A stretch of 64,000 bases of DNA from Centroscyllium fabricii (Eukaryota). Location of the stretch: NCBI GenBank assembly GCA_051313645.2, contig JBNRSN020000010.1:68324001-68388000 (forward strand), written 5' to 3'. Below are positions 47,366-59,818 of this stretch, one piece after another. The notes beneath the pieces were generated by a model. The model was not told the origin of the DNA. It saw nothing but the letters and a program-made list of their open reading frames with translations, and searched no databases. Positions within the stretch are counted from its first letter, which is position 1, and every line of letters starts with the position of its first letter. Both the position numbers and the translations under genes were made by a program.

Positions 47366-48624
47366 TGCGATGGTTTACTGCAACCTGCCTCATCCAGGAA
47401 CTGCCCCTAAATAAGTTGACTTCCTATTTCACTGCGCTGCTCTAAACAGTCATTGATCCAATGGTCAGAAGTTATTCTATATTGAACTAGGCTATATATC
47501 CCTTCTATAAGAACAGGGTTCTTTCAGTAAGTCACTGATTTCTATCCGACTTAGGGTCTGTAGGTTAAAACCGTAAGAAGAACCTGCTATGGTCCTGAAT
47601 CGAGATGAGTGCTTAGTGCCGAATGCGGTCTATTTTGCTAACTTAAAAGTACTTGAGTCAAGACTGGTTGTTGGATATAAATGGTTCAAGAGATCTTGAA
47701 TTATTTATTTTCTTTTAACATTTGCATTTTAGTTTGGTCATATATATATTTAGATTGTTACAAGGTTATACTTTATCACAGAAAATAATGTAATAATTAA
47801 AAACAGTAGTACAGCAAACCAACATAAAGGTTTTTCATCTCACCAATGTCAGGTGCTTTTCGGATTGGAAGCTAAACCATCGATCAAACAACAAGCCTGT
47901 ATGTTTGAGAGGAAAGCTGCATTCACTCGAACTCTGGAAACAGCTTAGAAGCTGGAGTCAATTCGATCGATCGATTTGACTAGCTATTTAGCCGGAGCCA
48001 GCCCGATCTTGATGGCTGACTAACTTTCTGTCTGAATTGGGCTGCTTTTTATACACATAAATTGCTGAATTGCAATACGTCATGCCCCCTATCTGTGTGG
48101 GGGGGGGGGGGGTGGTCAGTTAGACACGTGGTCAATTTTTAACTTCTTTATAATATATATTTCTTTACCTTTCAAAAACTAACTGACCTTTTGGTCATGG
48201 ATTACTTCGGCCATTTTCTTAACAAGGTGTTTCCTGTTTTTGTTACAATGATATCTAAAAATTGTTAGGTCAGATCATCACTTTCTGGGAACTGGACTTT
48301 GTGGTCAGTTGTTTTTCATACTGCGATCCTTAGGAGATAGGCCAGACTTTTCATAATGAAACTCCAGTATCCTGCCTTTCCATCTCTCAAAATAGTTCTA
48401 ATCTTGTGGTCAAGCTTTCTACGCCTTCAGAGACCCACCATCTGCTCTCAAAAGGGAACTTTAGGCAATTATCATTCAAGTTAATTTGACAGGCTTTCAT
48501 TCTGCATTCTAAGCAGTTTGTTTCTTTAAAAAGACATTCTAAATCAGCCCTTTTTTTCTACAAAGTTTGGAAAGTACATTTAATCAATCTTATAGCTGCG
48601 AGAAATTAAACAATTACCGCCACA
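47366..48624 (-). repeat. 5' LTR of the foamy provirus (1259 bp)
   Basis: Matches 32795-34046 and abuts the PBS and TSD. Confidence 0.96.
48046..48053 (-). promoter_or_regulatory. LTR TATA box (TATAAAAA)
   Basis: TATAAAAAGCAGCCC about 570 bp into the LTR, upstream of a GGTGAG donor (47839-47844) and AATAAA. Confidence 0.7.
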
Positions 48625-48819
48625 GCATATTCGGCTTGCTGACTCTCAGCTGCAATCCATCATAAATTATGAGATTGAATCACCCATCATATGCAGGTGG
48701 CAGGACTTTATTTTTTCAGGATTGGGGCAACTTTTAGAAGTCTTAAGCACACCTGTGAAAGGTTGGAACCTCACACATATCTCCAGTGTGAACTCCTGGG
48801 AAACCCCTCTCGGCACCTT

Positions 48820-50210
48820 CACTCAGTGCTTCCTCAACGGAAGCATATGGCAGAAGTGTGGAAGCCATTTATTTAATTCCTTTCTGGGCGTTAGATGAGC
48901 TCCCACACCAGCCGCAGCACCAGGAGAACCAGGAACAACAGCAGCAGCAACAGGAATGCCAGGCTGCTGCTCACCCATCCATTCCTGAATCTGTTCCTGG
49001 AATTCCAGCACCGCCGAACTTGTGGATGGACCCAAAGGCAGAGGGTCGACATGCAGCTGAGCTGAGCTGGCAGAGTCCTGCGCCCTCTGACTAGGACTCT
49101 CCACTGCTGTCCCTGTCTCCACCATCTGCTGATGCTCACTTGTGAGCTGTGAGGCACCAGGTGCTAACACTACTCGATGTCCCAAAGGTCCCCCCGAGGT
49201 GTGTGTGGCTGCGCTGTTGCTGGGTGCGCTGAATTCTGTTGATGCTGCACCCTCAGAGGTTGCAGCTTCCTCTGAGGAGTCTGGATACTCAGGCTGTTCA
49301 TCCTGCCTAGTGGGGACGGCTGCTTGCAATGGTCCTGTGGGGGAGTAAAGGAAAGAGTCAGAGATGTGATGCCAAATTTACATGCACTTTGCATATTGCA
49401 GATGATCATAAGTCCATCTGTTAGATCTTCAGAATCATTATCAGTGACTCATGCAATGTCAATGAGAGAGATGGAGAACGAATCTGTCACCAGCTTGCTG
49501 TGATGCACCCATCTGTCCATCCCCCACTTGCGCTTCTTCCTCCACTCCTGCAATCTCCAGGACCACCTCCTCCCAGGGGGTGAGATGGGCTAGTGAGGGT
49601 GGCCCTCCTCCTGTCCTCACTCTTTCTCGCTTATTGTGAGCTCTCTTTTCTTGCAATGAAGGAGACAAGTGTAGGTTGAGTGAGAATGAAAGAGTGAGTG
49701 TTGAGATTCCAGAGCATAGATACTTAGAAGGAGACAAAGATGGAGTGAGGTTGCAAGACCAAGGGCCCTCCTTGTGTGTTGTCAGTTATGTTCAAAGCAT
49801 CAGAGTGACAGGGAGTGTGAGGGCTGCATGGTGGAATAGTTATGCTAATGTGAGCATAGAGAGAGAGAGAGAGGGAATGGGTAAGGGTGCATGGATGTGG
49901 AGGAAGGGATTGCTGAAGCTTAGTGCTGGTGAGAAAAGGCATTGGGGATAAGATTGAGGGTGATGGGAATTCCGTCCTCACTTTTCCAGTGCGCAGAAGG
50001 TCATGAAATCTCTTTCCGCACTGGATGTAGGTTCTGAGGGGTACTGATGATGAGTTGCTCTCCTCTGCCACCTGGATGCACACAGCCTGCTGGGGAGACT
50101 TCTTCCTCCCTGAAGAAGGGAAAAGCACCACTTTATGAGCTCTTGCTCCCTCAACTGAAGCTTGCAGGGCCACATCATCAAACCCTGAAGCAGACCTAGG
50201 TCTTTCGATG
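48820..50210 (-). pseudogene. PIF/Harbinger Myb/SANT-like gene remnant with introns
   Basis: QCGKRFHDLLRTGK followed by a donor; the next exon reads EKRAHNKRERVRTGGGPP...LTPWEEVVLEIAG. Confidence 0.7.
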
Positions 50211-51269
50211 GTCATTCTGCCTCCAGGTCCCTCTGGCATGAAAGGGCAAAAGGTTGGAAGTGCGCAGTCGAAGCAAGGCTTGCTGTGGACCTGAAATGCA
50301 CCAGCAACGATTACATCATATTGTGCGGCTTTCTGACTGGAAATACTCACTTGCCAAGGGGTCCCACACACTGGAAATCAATTGGCCAATTGAGCCAAAA
50401 TTGCATGGGGCTCCCAGACCCTTTAAGATTTGTGTGGGAAACCTGACCTGCCGGAAACCCGCCAATTCCCCACACCTGAGGGAAAATCCAGGCCACAGAG
50501 TCATAGGGCTTGATTTTCCAAGCCCCGAGGAGGTGGGCAAGGGGGCGGGACAGCACGTAAAATCATAGAAATTGGGGGCAGGTGGCAAACCCACTCCCAT
50601 CCCGCCTCAGTGCCCTTTTGCCAGGAGGTGGGAAGATGTCCAGCTTCAGGTCCCATCTCCTGGAGATGGGAATGGCTTTTAATCCTTTTAACTGCCTGTT
50701 AACAAGTAGTTAACATGCAAAACGAGGGATTCGTGCCATTTCACCTTCACCAGTGAAGGCTTCCCGACCTCGGAGAACCCCGCCGGGTTGGAGGAGACAT
50801 GGAGGAGGTCTGCGGCGGTCGGAGGCACCTGGAAGTAAGGTGTAGAGGTGAGTGATGGGTGCAAGTGTGGAGTGGTAAATATGCAAGGTGAGTGATTAGT
50901 TTACAAAAGTGTTCACTCACCTCTTTTTGCTTCTGCAGTCTTTCGCCATGCTGGATCAGGAGAGCGGATATCCACCTTGTCAATTTCAGGTAATGGCTGA
51001 TGGACCCTCCGATGTTTTTTCAGTCCTCACCACAAAAACGAATCAAACTCAAGAGAATGTCAGTGTTTGACAGCTTCACAGAACTGTCGAACGCTGCCAT
51101 TTCTTCTTTCAAGAAGTTTTGACAGATAGCTTGTTTGACGTTGACATGATCTGTCAGTGATTTCTTCCCTAATTGGCTTGCTGAGCCCGCTGGGTGGGCT
51201 TACAAGCTCAATCAGGAGAAAATCCCTCTGAATGATCAGGCGAGGATGGAGGTGGGACATTGACACGAC

Positions 51270-51850
51270 AATCATAGAATCATAGAAGATAGGAGCAGGA
51301 GTAGGCCATTCAGCCCTTCGAGCCTGCTCCGCCATTCAATGAGATCATGGCTGATCTTTAGCAAGCTAATACCCCGCCCCTGCCTTTTCTCCATAACCTT
51401 TAATCCCTTTAGCTTGAAGAAATATATCCAATTCCCTCTTGAATATGTTTAATGAACTGGCCTCCACCAAGCAGCAGTCCCACCTCCAAGTCGCCTCCAT
51501 TGACAAAATCCAACCCATAGAGTCAGAACGGCACAGAAGGAGATCATTTGGCCCATCGAGTCCATGCCAGCTCTTTGTAGAGCAATCAAGTCAGTCTCAT
51601 TCCCCCCTCTATCCCTGTAGCCCTGCAAGTTTATTTCCCTCAAGTGCCTATCCCATCTCCCCTTGAAAACATTGAGTGTCTCCGTTTCCACCACTTCTGT
51701 CAGCAGCGAGTTCCAGATCCTCACCACTCGCTCCGTAAAAAGGTTTTTCCTCACGTCCCCCCTGTATCTCTTGCCCAAAACCTTAAATCTGTGTCCCCTA
51801 GTTGTTGTACCATCTACTAGTGGGAACAGCCTTTCCCCATCTAGCCTATC
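51270..51850 (-). mobile_element. Two CR1 3' fragments
   Basis: (ATCATAGA) tail with a 3' UTR, and NLFTERVVRIWNSL coding remnant. Confidence 0.8.
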
Positions 51851-53606
51851 TGTTCTGGACTTGTTAGATGTTGGTAGCGCCCCCAGTGGTAGTTATTGTA
51901 TAGCCGTGTGTTATTTGACCTTCTTCCTGTCTACATAGGAAGTAGTATTCGAGGAAGTGTTTTCTCAGTTGTGAACAAGGCCCAACTGTGGCAGCTCGTT
52001 TTCTATCCTCCTCCATCCTTCTTTATATGCTAGGCAAGACACAATGTCTGTGAGTATCCTTGTTTGATAACATAATAACAAACTTGTTGGTATAGTATTT
52101 TGACAATGCTTTGTAAATAAGAAGTTTATCAGCTGATAGCTGCTAAGGGTTAGTGTTGTGTATGTGCCTTTAAGAAATAATACTGGGCACTGCTTTGTGT
52201 AGTGCTGTAATACTGCAGTACCGCAGTCTACCACAGTTGTATATAAGTTCGTACGTGGAGCGATATGCTCAGTTCCAGACTCTGTAATGAAGAATAAACA
52301 CCTCCTTGTTTTGCACCTTGGAGTCTAGTCTGTTATTATTATAGATACATAGCACGGACTCAACAATGATGACGAGGTCGGTCGAATCCACAGCAGTGTA
52401 ATCGGGTTTTAAGAAAATAAAAAATAAATTCTTACCGGCGACCATCAACCACAACGACACATCCTGCACTCCAAAAGAGGGAGCGGCAGTGATTCTCCAG
52501 TAAAGCAGAGGGAACAGCAACGGCCATCACTCCAACATCGGGAGTGGCGTTGGCACTAACAGAGACAACCGGCACTCCAATATCAGGAGTAGCGTTGGCA
52601 CTATCAGCACAGTCAGCTCTTCAACATCGCAGAGAGAAGCGTTGACAAGAGCGTTGGTGGCAAGAAGCAGCAGAAATCGGGGACCCAGCTCAGCAACGGC
52701 AGGTAGGCCGCAGAGGCAGGGACTCAGACCAGCAACGGCAGCCAGACATCAGACGTCGACGGCGAGGCAGTCGGACATCGGACGTCGAAAAGAGAGGCAG
52801 ACAACGGCAGCGGCAGTCGGACGTCGGGCGTCGACAGAAGAGATCCAGCGCAGCAGAGCCAGTCGTACACAGAGGCTGTTGAGGATCAGGGTTGGTTCTC
52901 CAGCCAAGGTACAACGGGCGAGTGCAGGTAGAGCGCAATCCTTCCCAGCGATCGTGGGTAATTGGAAACTCAGCGAGGAAGGAGAGAAAAAGGTGGGAAA
53001 ATGCCATTTTGAGGTGGGAAAAGCACCAGAAGAGAAGCAAAAAGGCGGGAAAAGACGCCATTTTGGTCACATCGGTAAATTAAACATGGCAAAATCAAAC
53101 ACATTCGGGGCCTTCCAACCAGAAAAGGAAGACTGGGAGGCATACCTAGAATGCTTTGACATTTATTGCCAAGTACAGGCAGTCACTGATGCAAACAAAG
53201 CCAGCACTCTACTGAATGCTATGGGGACTGAAACTTACGGGTTGTTGAGAACCCTGGTGTCCCCAGTGGACAAAACGCTATGAGGGATTAAAGACATTCT
53301 AAAAGCAAACTTAAACCCCAAACCCCCATTTATAGCAGAACGCTTCAACTTCTTTAAACGGGACCAACTAAAAGGAGAGTCACAGTCAGAGTACTTTACG
53401 GAACTCAGGAGACTGTCGAAGAACTGTGAATTTGGGGATGAGCTACCAAACTATCTAAGGGACAGATTTGTGTGCGGGATTTTGGATGAATTTACCCAAA
53501 AGAGACAATTAGCCAAAAAGACGTTCATTCTGGAGCAGGCAATAGAAACCGCAGCAGCACATGAGGCAGCTGCTGTGGGAGCAGCTGAGATAAGAAACAA
53601 GGGGAT

Positions 53607-56600
53607 TGTGGTAAACCAGTATTGTACATAGTTGCCATGATGACACTCTGTATCCCTGTACCTGTATTGTAGATAGTTACCATAACAACACTCTGTATTC
53701 CTGTATTCATGTCTCTGTATATAGTTGCCTCTTGGCCACCTTAAGTGGCCACCTTAAGATATCTGGGATGCCACAGCCGGCTCCGCCTCCGGGCGGCGCC
53801 CAGTTGATACCAGTACAAAGGCAGCAACCCTGCTGCCCTCGTGGCATTCCAGGACTAGATGATGATACAACCTACACTTCAGTTTAAAGTTAATAAAAGC
53901 CTCAGTTATTAAACTTCGCTGTTTCTCAGTAATTGATTGCTCATCAATTTTATTAACTTTATTTTAATTGTGAGATGGAGAAGCCATGAACAAAATACTG
54001 CTACCCGCTCACCTGGAGTTGGAGCCACACGCGCCGGACGCACCCCGTAGATTCGCCCATTGGCTGCGGGTGTTTGAACTCTTTCTGGAAGCCTCCCAGG
54101 AGACGGTCGACACGGAAGAGAATAAGCTGGCGGTCCTGCTATCCCGGGTCAGCCCGACGGTTTACACGTTGATTGAGAACGAAACCACCTACACTGGCGC
54201 CCTAGCAACTTTGAAAGACCAGTATGAGACTCCCATGAACGAGGTCTACGTGAGGCATCTGCTGGTGACCCGCAAACAACGGCCCGGTGAGTCCACAGCT
54301 GAATTATTTGGGAGCTGCGAGTCCTTGTGCGGGCCTGCCACTGCAAGGCAGTCTCTGCACAGGACTCTGCTGACAACCTGGTCCGAGATGCCATAGTAGC
54401 AGGGCTCAGGTCGAGCTACACCCGCCAGCGGCTCCTGGAGCAGGAGACGCTGGATCTGAAGAAGGCTGCCGCGCTGGCTCAGGCGCTGGATGCAGCACAT
54501 CAAAATATGGAGGCTTTTGAGCAGCCGTCGGCCTCCTGGGCTGCCCGAGCGCAGCCGTCGTGGACCGGAGGATCGACCCCCGCTGCGCCGCCCCCGCTAA
54601 CGTCCGCCGCCGCCGCCTCGAACCCCGCAGCCGCCGCCTCGAACCCCGCAGCCGCCGCCTCGAACCCCGCAGCGCTGCCCCAGATAGCGAAGTGCCACTT
54701 CTGTGGCCAGTCCAGGTACTCCAGGCAGCGCTGCCCAGCGCGGGAAGCAACCTGCTCGCACTGTAGGAAGAAGGGGCACTACGCGAAAGTCTGCAGGGCC
54801 AGGGCCAGACCCTCCCCCAACGCCTACAGCGCTGCTTGCTATCCGGCGGGGCAGCCATCTTGGAGTCCACCACGAGGTGAGCCTGGGAGCGGCCATTTTG
54901 ATTCTCGTCCTGGGAGCGGCCATTTTGAATCATCTCCGGCCGTGTTTGATCCATGGGCGCAGCCATCTTCACTTTTCCCCTCTGCAGGTTCGTCGACGGA
55001 TCAAGATCTGCTGCTGCCTCAACTGGCCTCCATCACGCTGGACCAGACTCGCCCCCATCAGCTCGCTAAGTCGACGATGGACATCGAGGTAAACGGACAT
55101 GTAATTAATTGCCTTTTTGACTCAGGGAGCACCGAGAGCTTCATCAGCCCGGACACGGTGCGGAAGCTTGCGCTCACAGTCCTCCCGGCACGCCAACGGA
55201 TCTCCCTGGCTTCTCAATCGCAAACCGCGGACGCTACTGGTTACTGTGTTGTCACGCTGACGGTGTGCGGTACTGTTTATAACTGTTTTAGACTCTTTGT
55301 TCTTCCCCACCTTTGCGCTGCCGTTCTACTCGGGCTTGATTTCCAGAGCCACCTGGACAGCGTTACTATGAGGTACGGTGGGCCCCTTCCCCCCATCACT
55401 GTCGGTAGTCAGCAATTTTCAAAGGTACAGCCACACACTGTTTGCAGCCTCTCGACTCTTAAAGTCGCCCCTCCCCCACTGTTCGCTAACCTCAACCCAG
55501 ACTGTAAGCCAATAGCTACTAAGAGCAGGCGCTACAGTGCGGGAGACAGACTTTTCATTAAGTCTGATGTTCAGCGGCTGCTGAGAGAGGGGGTCATTGA
55601 GGCTAGCAACAGCCCCTGGAGAGCTCAGGTTGTAGTCGTAAGGACCGGCGATAAGAATCGTTTGGTTATCGACTACAGCCAAACCATAAACCGGTTTACG
55701 CAGCTGGATGCTTACCCCTTACCGTGCATTTCTGACATGGTCAACCAGATTGCGCAGTATCGGGTATTTTCCACAATTGACCTAAAGTCTGCGTATCATC
55801 AGCTCCCCATCCGTCCCGAAGACCGCCAGTTCACCGCCTTTGAGGCGAACGGCCGCCTTTTTCATTTTCTTAGGGTCCCGTTCGGGGTCACCAACGGGGT
55901 CTCGGTTTTTCAGCGAGAAATGGACCGTATGGTGGACCAGAGTGGGCTGCTGGCTACCTTCCCCTATCTGGATAACGTTACGATCTGCGGCCATGACCTG
56001 CAGGACCATGACGTTAACCTCGCCAAATTCCTTCACATGGCGCAGGCGCTTAACCTTACTTTTAATAAGGAAAAGTGTGTTTTCCGCACCACCCGCCTAC
56101 CCATTCTGGGCTGTGTCGTGGAAAACGGGGTTATTGGCCCTGACCCGGAGCGCATGCGTCCCCTCATGGACCTTCCCCTCCCCCACGGAACCAAGTCCCT
56201 GAAAAGATGCCTGGGCCTGTTCGCTTACTACGCCCAGTGGGTCCCCAGTTATGCGGATAGAGCCCGCCCCCTCCTCAAATCTGTCTCTTTCCCCTTGACG
56301 GCCGAGGCTCGCGCAGCCTTCGAGAGCATCAAGTCAGACATCGCCAAGGCGACCATGCACGCTGTCGACGAGTCCATCCCGTTCCAGGTGGAAAGTGATG
56401 CCTCTGACTTTGCCCTAGCCGCTATCCTCAACCAGGCGGGGAGGCCAGTGGCCTTCTTCTCCCGCACCCTCCAAGGCCCTGAGATCAGACACTCCTCCGT
56501 AGAGAAGGAAGCGCAGGCCATCGTGGAAGCGGTGCGGCACTGGAGACATTACCTGGCCGGTAGAAGATTCACCCTGCTCACTGACCAGCGCTCAGTGGCT

Positions 56601-58251
56601 TTCATGTTCAATAATAAACAGCGGGGCAAGATCAAAAATGATAAGATCCTGAGGTGGAGAATTGAACTGTCCACCTATAACTATGATATCTTGTACCGGC
56701 CCGGTAAACTCAATGAGCCCCCGGATGCGCTATCCCGTGGAACCTGTGCCAAAGCACAAGTGGATAGGCTGCAAGCCCTCCACAATGACCTCTGCCACCC
56801 GGGTGTTACCCGCCTTTTCCATTTTGTCAAGTCCCGCAATCTGCCCTACTCCGTTTTGGAGGTCCGGGACATTACCAGGAGCTGCTCTGTCTGCGCCGAG
56901 TGCAAACCGCACTTCTTCAGGCCGGACAGAGCTAACTTGATAAAGGCCACCCGCCCCTTTGAGCGCCTGAGCGTCGATTTCAAAGGGCCCCTTCCCTCCA
57001 CTGACCGCAACGTGTATTTTTTGACCGTCATTGACGAGTTTTCACGTTTCCCTTTTGCAATCCCCTGCCCTGACATGACCGCAGCCACAGCCATCAAGTG
57101 CCTGCACCGGATCTTTACTATTTTCGGCCTCCCTAACTATATCCACAGTGACCGGGGCTCCTCATTCATGAGCGAGGAGCTGCGCCAATACCTGCTTGCA
57201 AAAGGAGTGGCTACCAGCAGAACCACCAGCTACAACCCCCAGGGGAACGGGCAGGTGGAAAGGGAGAATGGGACGGTCTGGAAGGCCACCCTTCTGGCCC
57301 TACGGTCCAGGGGCCTCCCTATCTCCTGCTGGCAAGAGGTCCTCCCCGATGCCCTTCACTCCATTAGGCGTTTGCTCTGCACTGCAACTAATACCACCCC
57401 CCACGAGCGAATGTTCTCCTTCCCGCGGAAGTCCACCTCAGGGACCTCACTTCCTGCATGGCTGACGTCCCCGGGGCCCGTCCTCCTCAGGAGACATGTG
57501 AGGGCCCACAAGACGGATCCCTTGGTGGATACGGTGCAACTCCTCCATGCCAACCCCCAGTACACCTACGTGGCGTTCCCTGATGGGCGAGAGGACACGG
57601 TCTCCATCCGGGACCTCGCACCCTCGGGTGTCCCCGTACCGACCATTCCCCACACCGCCCCCACCGCCGTTCCTCATAGTGACGCCCTCCCGTTACCTTT
57701 TTTTTCTCTAGCCCCTGTAGAAGGAGCACCTGCGACCCGGGATCGGCGAACGACGCTCACCGCCTCGCCACCAGTGACCCCGGAGGGCCCAACATATCAG
57801 CAGGAGCTGCGTCACTCACAGAGGGATACCAGACCTCCAGAGAGACTGTCGTACTCTGCCCTCGGCAGGGCCGCTTCACCCTGAAGGACTTTATCTTAAA
57901 CAAGGGGTGAATGTGGTAAACCAGTATTGTACATAGTTGCCATGACGACACTCTGTATCCCTGTACCTGTATTGTAGATAGTTACCATAACAACACTCTG
58001 TATTCCTGTATTCATGTCTCTGTATATAGTTGCCTCTTGGCCACCTTAAGTGGCCACCTTAAGATATCTGGGATGCCACAGCCGGCTCCGCCTCCGGGCG
58101 CCGCCCAGTTGATACCAGTACAAAGGCAGCAACCCTGCTGCCCTCGTGGCATTCCAGGACTAGATGATGATACAACCTACACTTCAGTTTAAAGTTAATA
58201 AAAGCCTCAGTTATTAAACTTCGCTGTTTCTCAGTAATTGATTGCTCATCA
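53607..58251 (+). mobile_element. Full-length young Ty3/Gypsy element (family B, related to A)
   Basis: 340-bp LTRs at 53607-53946 and 57912-58251 differing at about 2 sites, 5-bp TSD GGGAT and PPT AAACAAGGGGTGAA. Confidence 0.96.
53986..57884 (+). CDS. Gag-Pol polyprotein of family B (one frameshift near 54300-54330)
   Basis: ORFs 53986-54396 and 54327-57884 join. Knuckle CSHCRKKGHYAKVC, FDSGS, YLDN, RNase H and HHCC/DDE integrase; 21-bp repeat encoding AAAASNP x3. Confidence 0.9.
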
Positions 58252-58502
58252 GGGATCTACCACGATACCCATGAAATTACAACTCGCACTAAAAAGTGCT
58301 ACTGCTGTGGCAAGACCACACACGACCAGAGCAAGTGTTGTGCTAAAGATAAAGATTGTCGACAGTGCGGCAAGATAGGCCACATAGCGGTGGTTTGCAG
58401 ATCTGGGAAACTACCTAAACGTTTCAGAAACAGACCAGGTCTAAGAAATTACACAAACGCTCTGAGGATGGTTCAGGTAACAAACCAGAAAATTCAAATA
58501 GA

Positions 58503-59117
58503 GAACATAACATAGAACATAGAACATACAGCACTGTACAGGCCCTTGGGCCCTCAATGTAGTGCCGCCCTTAGTCCATCTCTGATTTTTCCCTTCCCCC
58601 CTACTGTTCCTTCCCCTCCATGTACCTGTCTATCATCCTTTTAAAAGCACCCAGACTGTCCGCATCCACTATTTCAGATGGTAGCCTATTCCATTCCCCT
58701 ACCACTCTCTGTGTAAAGAACCTGCCCCTGCCATCCCTTCTGAATCTTCCTCCTTGAATCTTGTGCTCGTGTCCTCTTGTTGACGTTCTTCCCGCCCGGG
58801 GAAACAGTCTTTGCACGTTTACTCTATCGATCCCCTTCATCATTTTAAACATCTCTATCAAGTCCCCTCTCTTCCTTCTCCGTTCCAGGGAGAAGAGTCC
58901 CAGCTCCCTCAACCTCTCCTCGTATGACCTTCCTCCCATTCCCGGCAGCATCCTGGTGAATCTCCTCTGCACCCTCTCCAGCGCCTCCACATCTCTCCTG
59001 TAGTACGGTGCCCAGAACTGCACACAGTACTCCAAGTGTGGTCTCACCAGTGACCTGTACAGCTGTAGCATGACCTCCCGGTTCCTAAACTCTATTCCCC
59101 TGTTGATGAAGGCCAAT
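58503..59117 (-). mobile_element. CR1 LINE 3' fragment inserted in the family C element
   Basis: LVRPHLEYCVQFWAP...FFTQRVV and an (ACATAGA)n tail. Confidence 0.9.
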
Positions 59118-59818
59118 ACGAAGTATTGGGTCTCGGAAGTCTCAAAGTCCACAATATGGCCAATTCTACAGACCGCAGTGTTATGTGGGCTCCCCTCAAA
59201 GTTGCAGGAGTTGAGATATCGATGGAAGTTGGGAGAAAACCTGTGAGGCAGCTTTTCTGAAAAGTAAAAACATGATCACCACCAGAGAGGTGTTGGTTCA
59301 TTTTGATCCCAGCTTACCCATCAGATTGGCATGTGATGTATCCCCGTATGGCATTGGTGCGGTGCTATTACACAAATGTCGAGATGGTTCAGAAAGACCA
59401 ATCACATTTGTGTCTAAATCACTCACTACAGCAGAGAAGAATTACGCCCAGATAGACCGAGATGCACTCAGCCTCGTGTGGGGAGTGAAAAAGTTTCATC
59501 ACTACTTACATGGGCAAAAATTCACTCTATTAATGGACCACCAACCCTTGGTCTCGATATTTCACCCAGAGAAAGGGGTACCCCAGATGACAGCTCAGAG
59601 GCTACAGCGGTGGGCATTTTTCTTGGGTGAACATCAGTACACCATCGAACACAAGGGAACCAAGCGGCATGGCAATGCGGATGGCCTGTCTCGGTTACCC
59701 TTGCCCGAAACAGGAGAGGGGGGACAACAAGATCCTTTAGAACTGTATCACATGGCTGTGGTGGAACAATTGCCTGTTACCAGCCAACAAATAGAAAGGG
59801 AGACAAGGAATGACACTC

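Larger units (their letters stand above)
32795..48624 (-). mobile_element. Full-length endogenous foamy virus (spumaretrovirus-like) provirus
   Basis: Paired LTRs with TG...CA ends, 4-bp TSD GCAT (32791-32794 and 48625-48628) and tRNA-Lys1,2 PBS. Foamy-type RT (KKYKTTLDLANGFW, KQYCWTRLPQG), GR-box Gag, LP-SU/TM Env and accessory ORFs between env and the 3' LTR. Confidence 0.96.
52154..59818 (+). mobile_element. Family C (Mag-like) Gypsy element: 5' LTR 52154-52365, gag and internally deleted pol, hosting three nested insertions
   Basis: LTR similar to 6143-6344 and decayed PBS TGATGACGAGG. Gag EDWEAYLECF; RNase H segment 59272-59818 nearly matches 4284-4810. Confidence 0.85.

Noticed and set aside
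47950-48025. Foamy Pol III dumbbell pri-miRNA cassette
   Set aside because: The hairpins are too short for pre-miRNAs and lie downstream of the TATA box rather than in U3.
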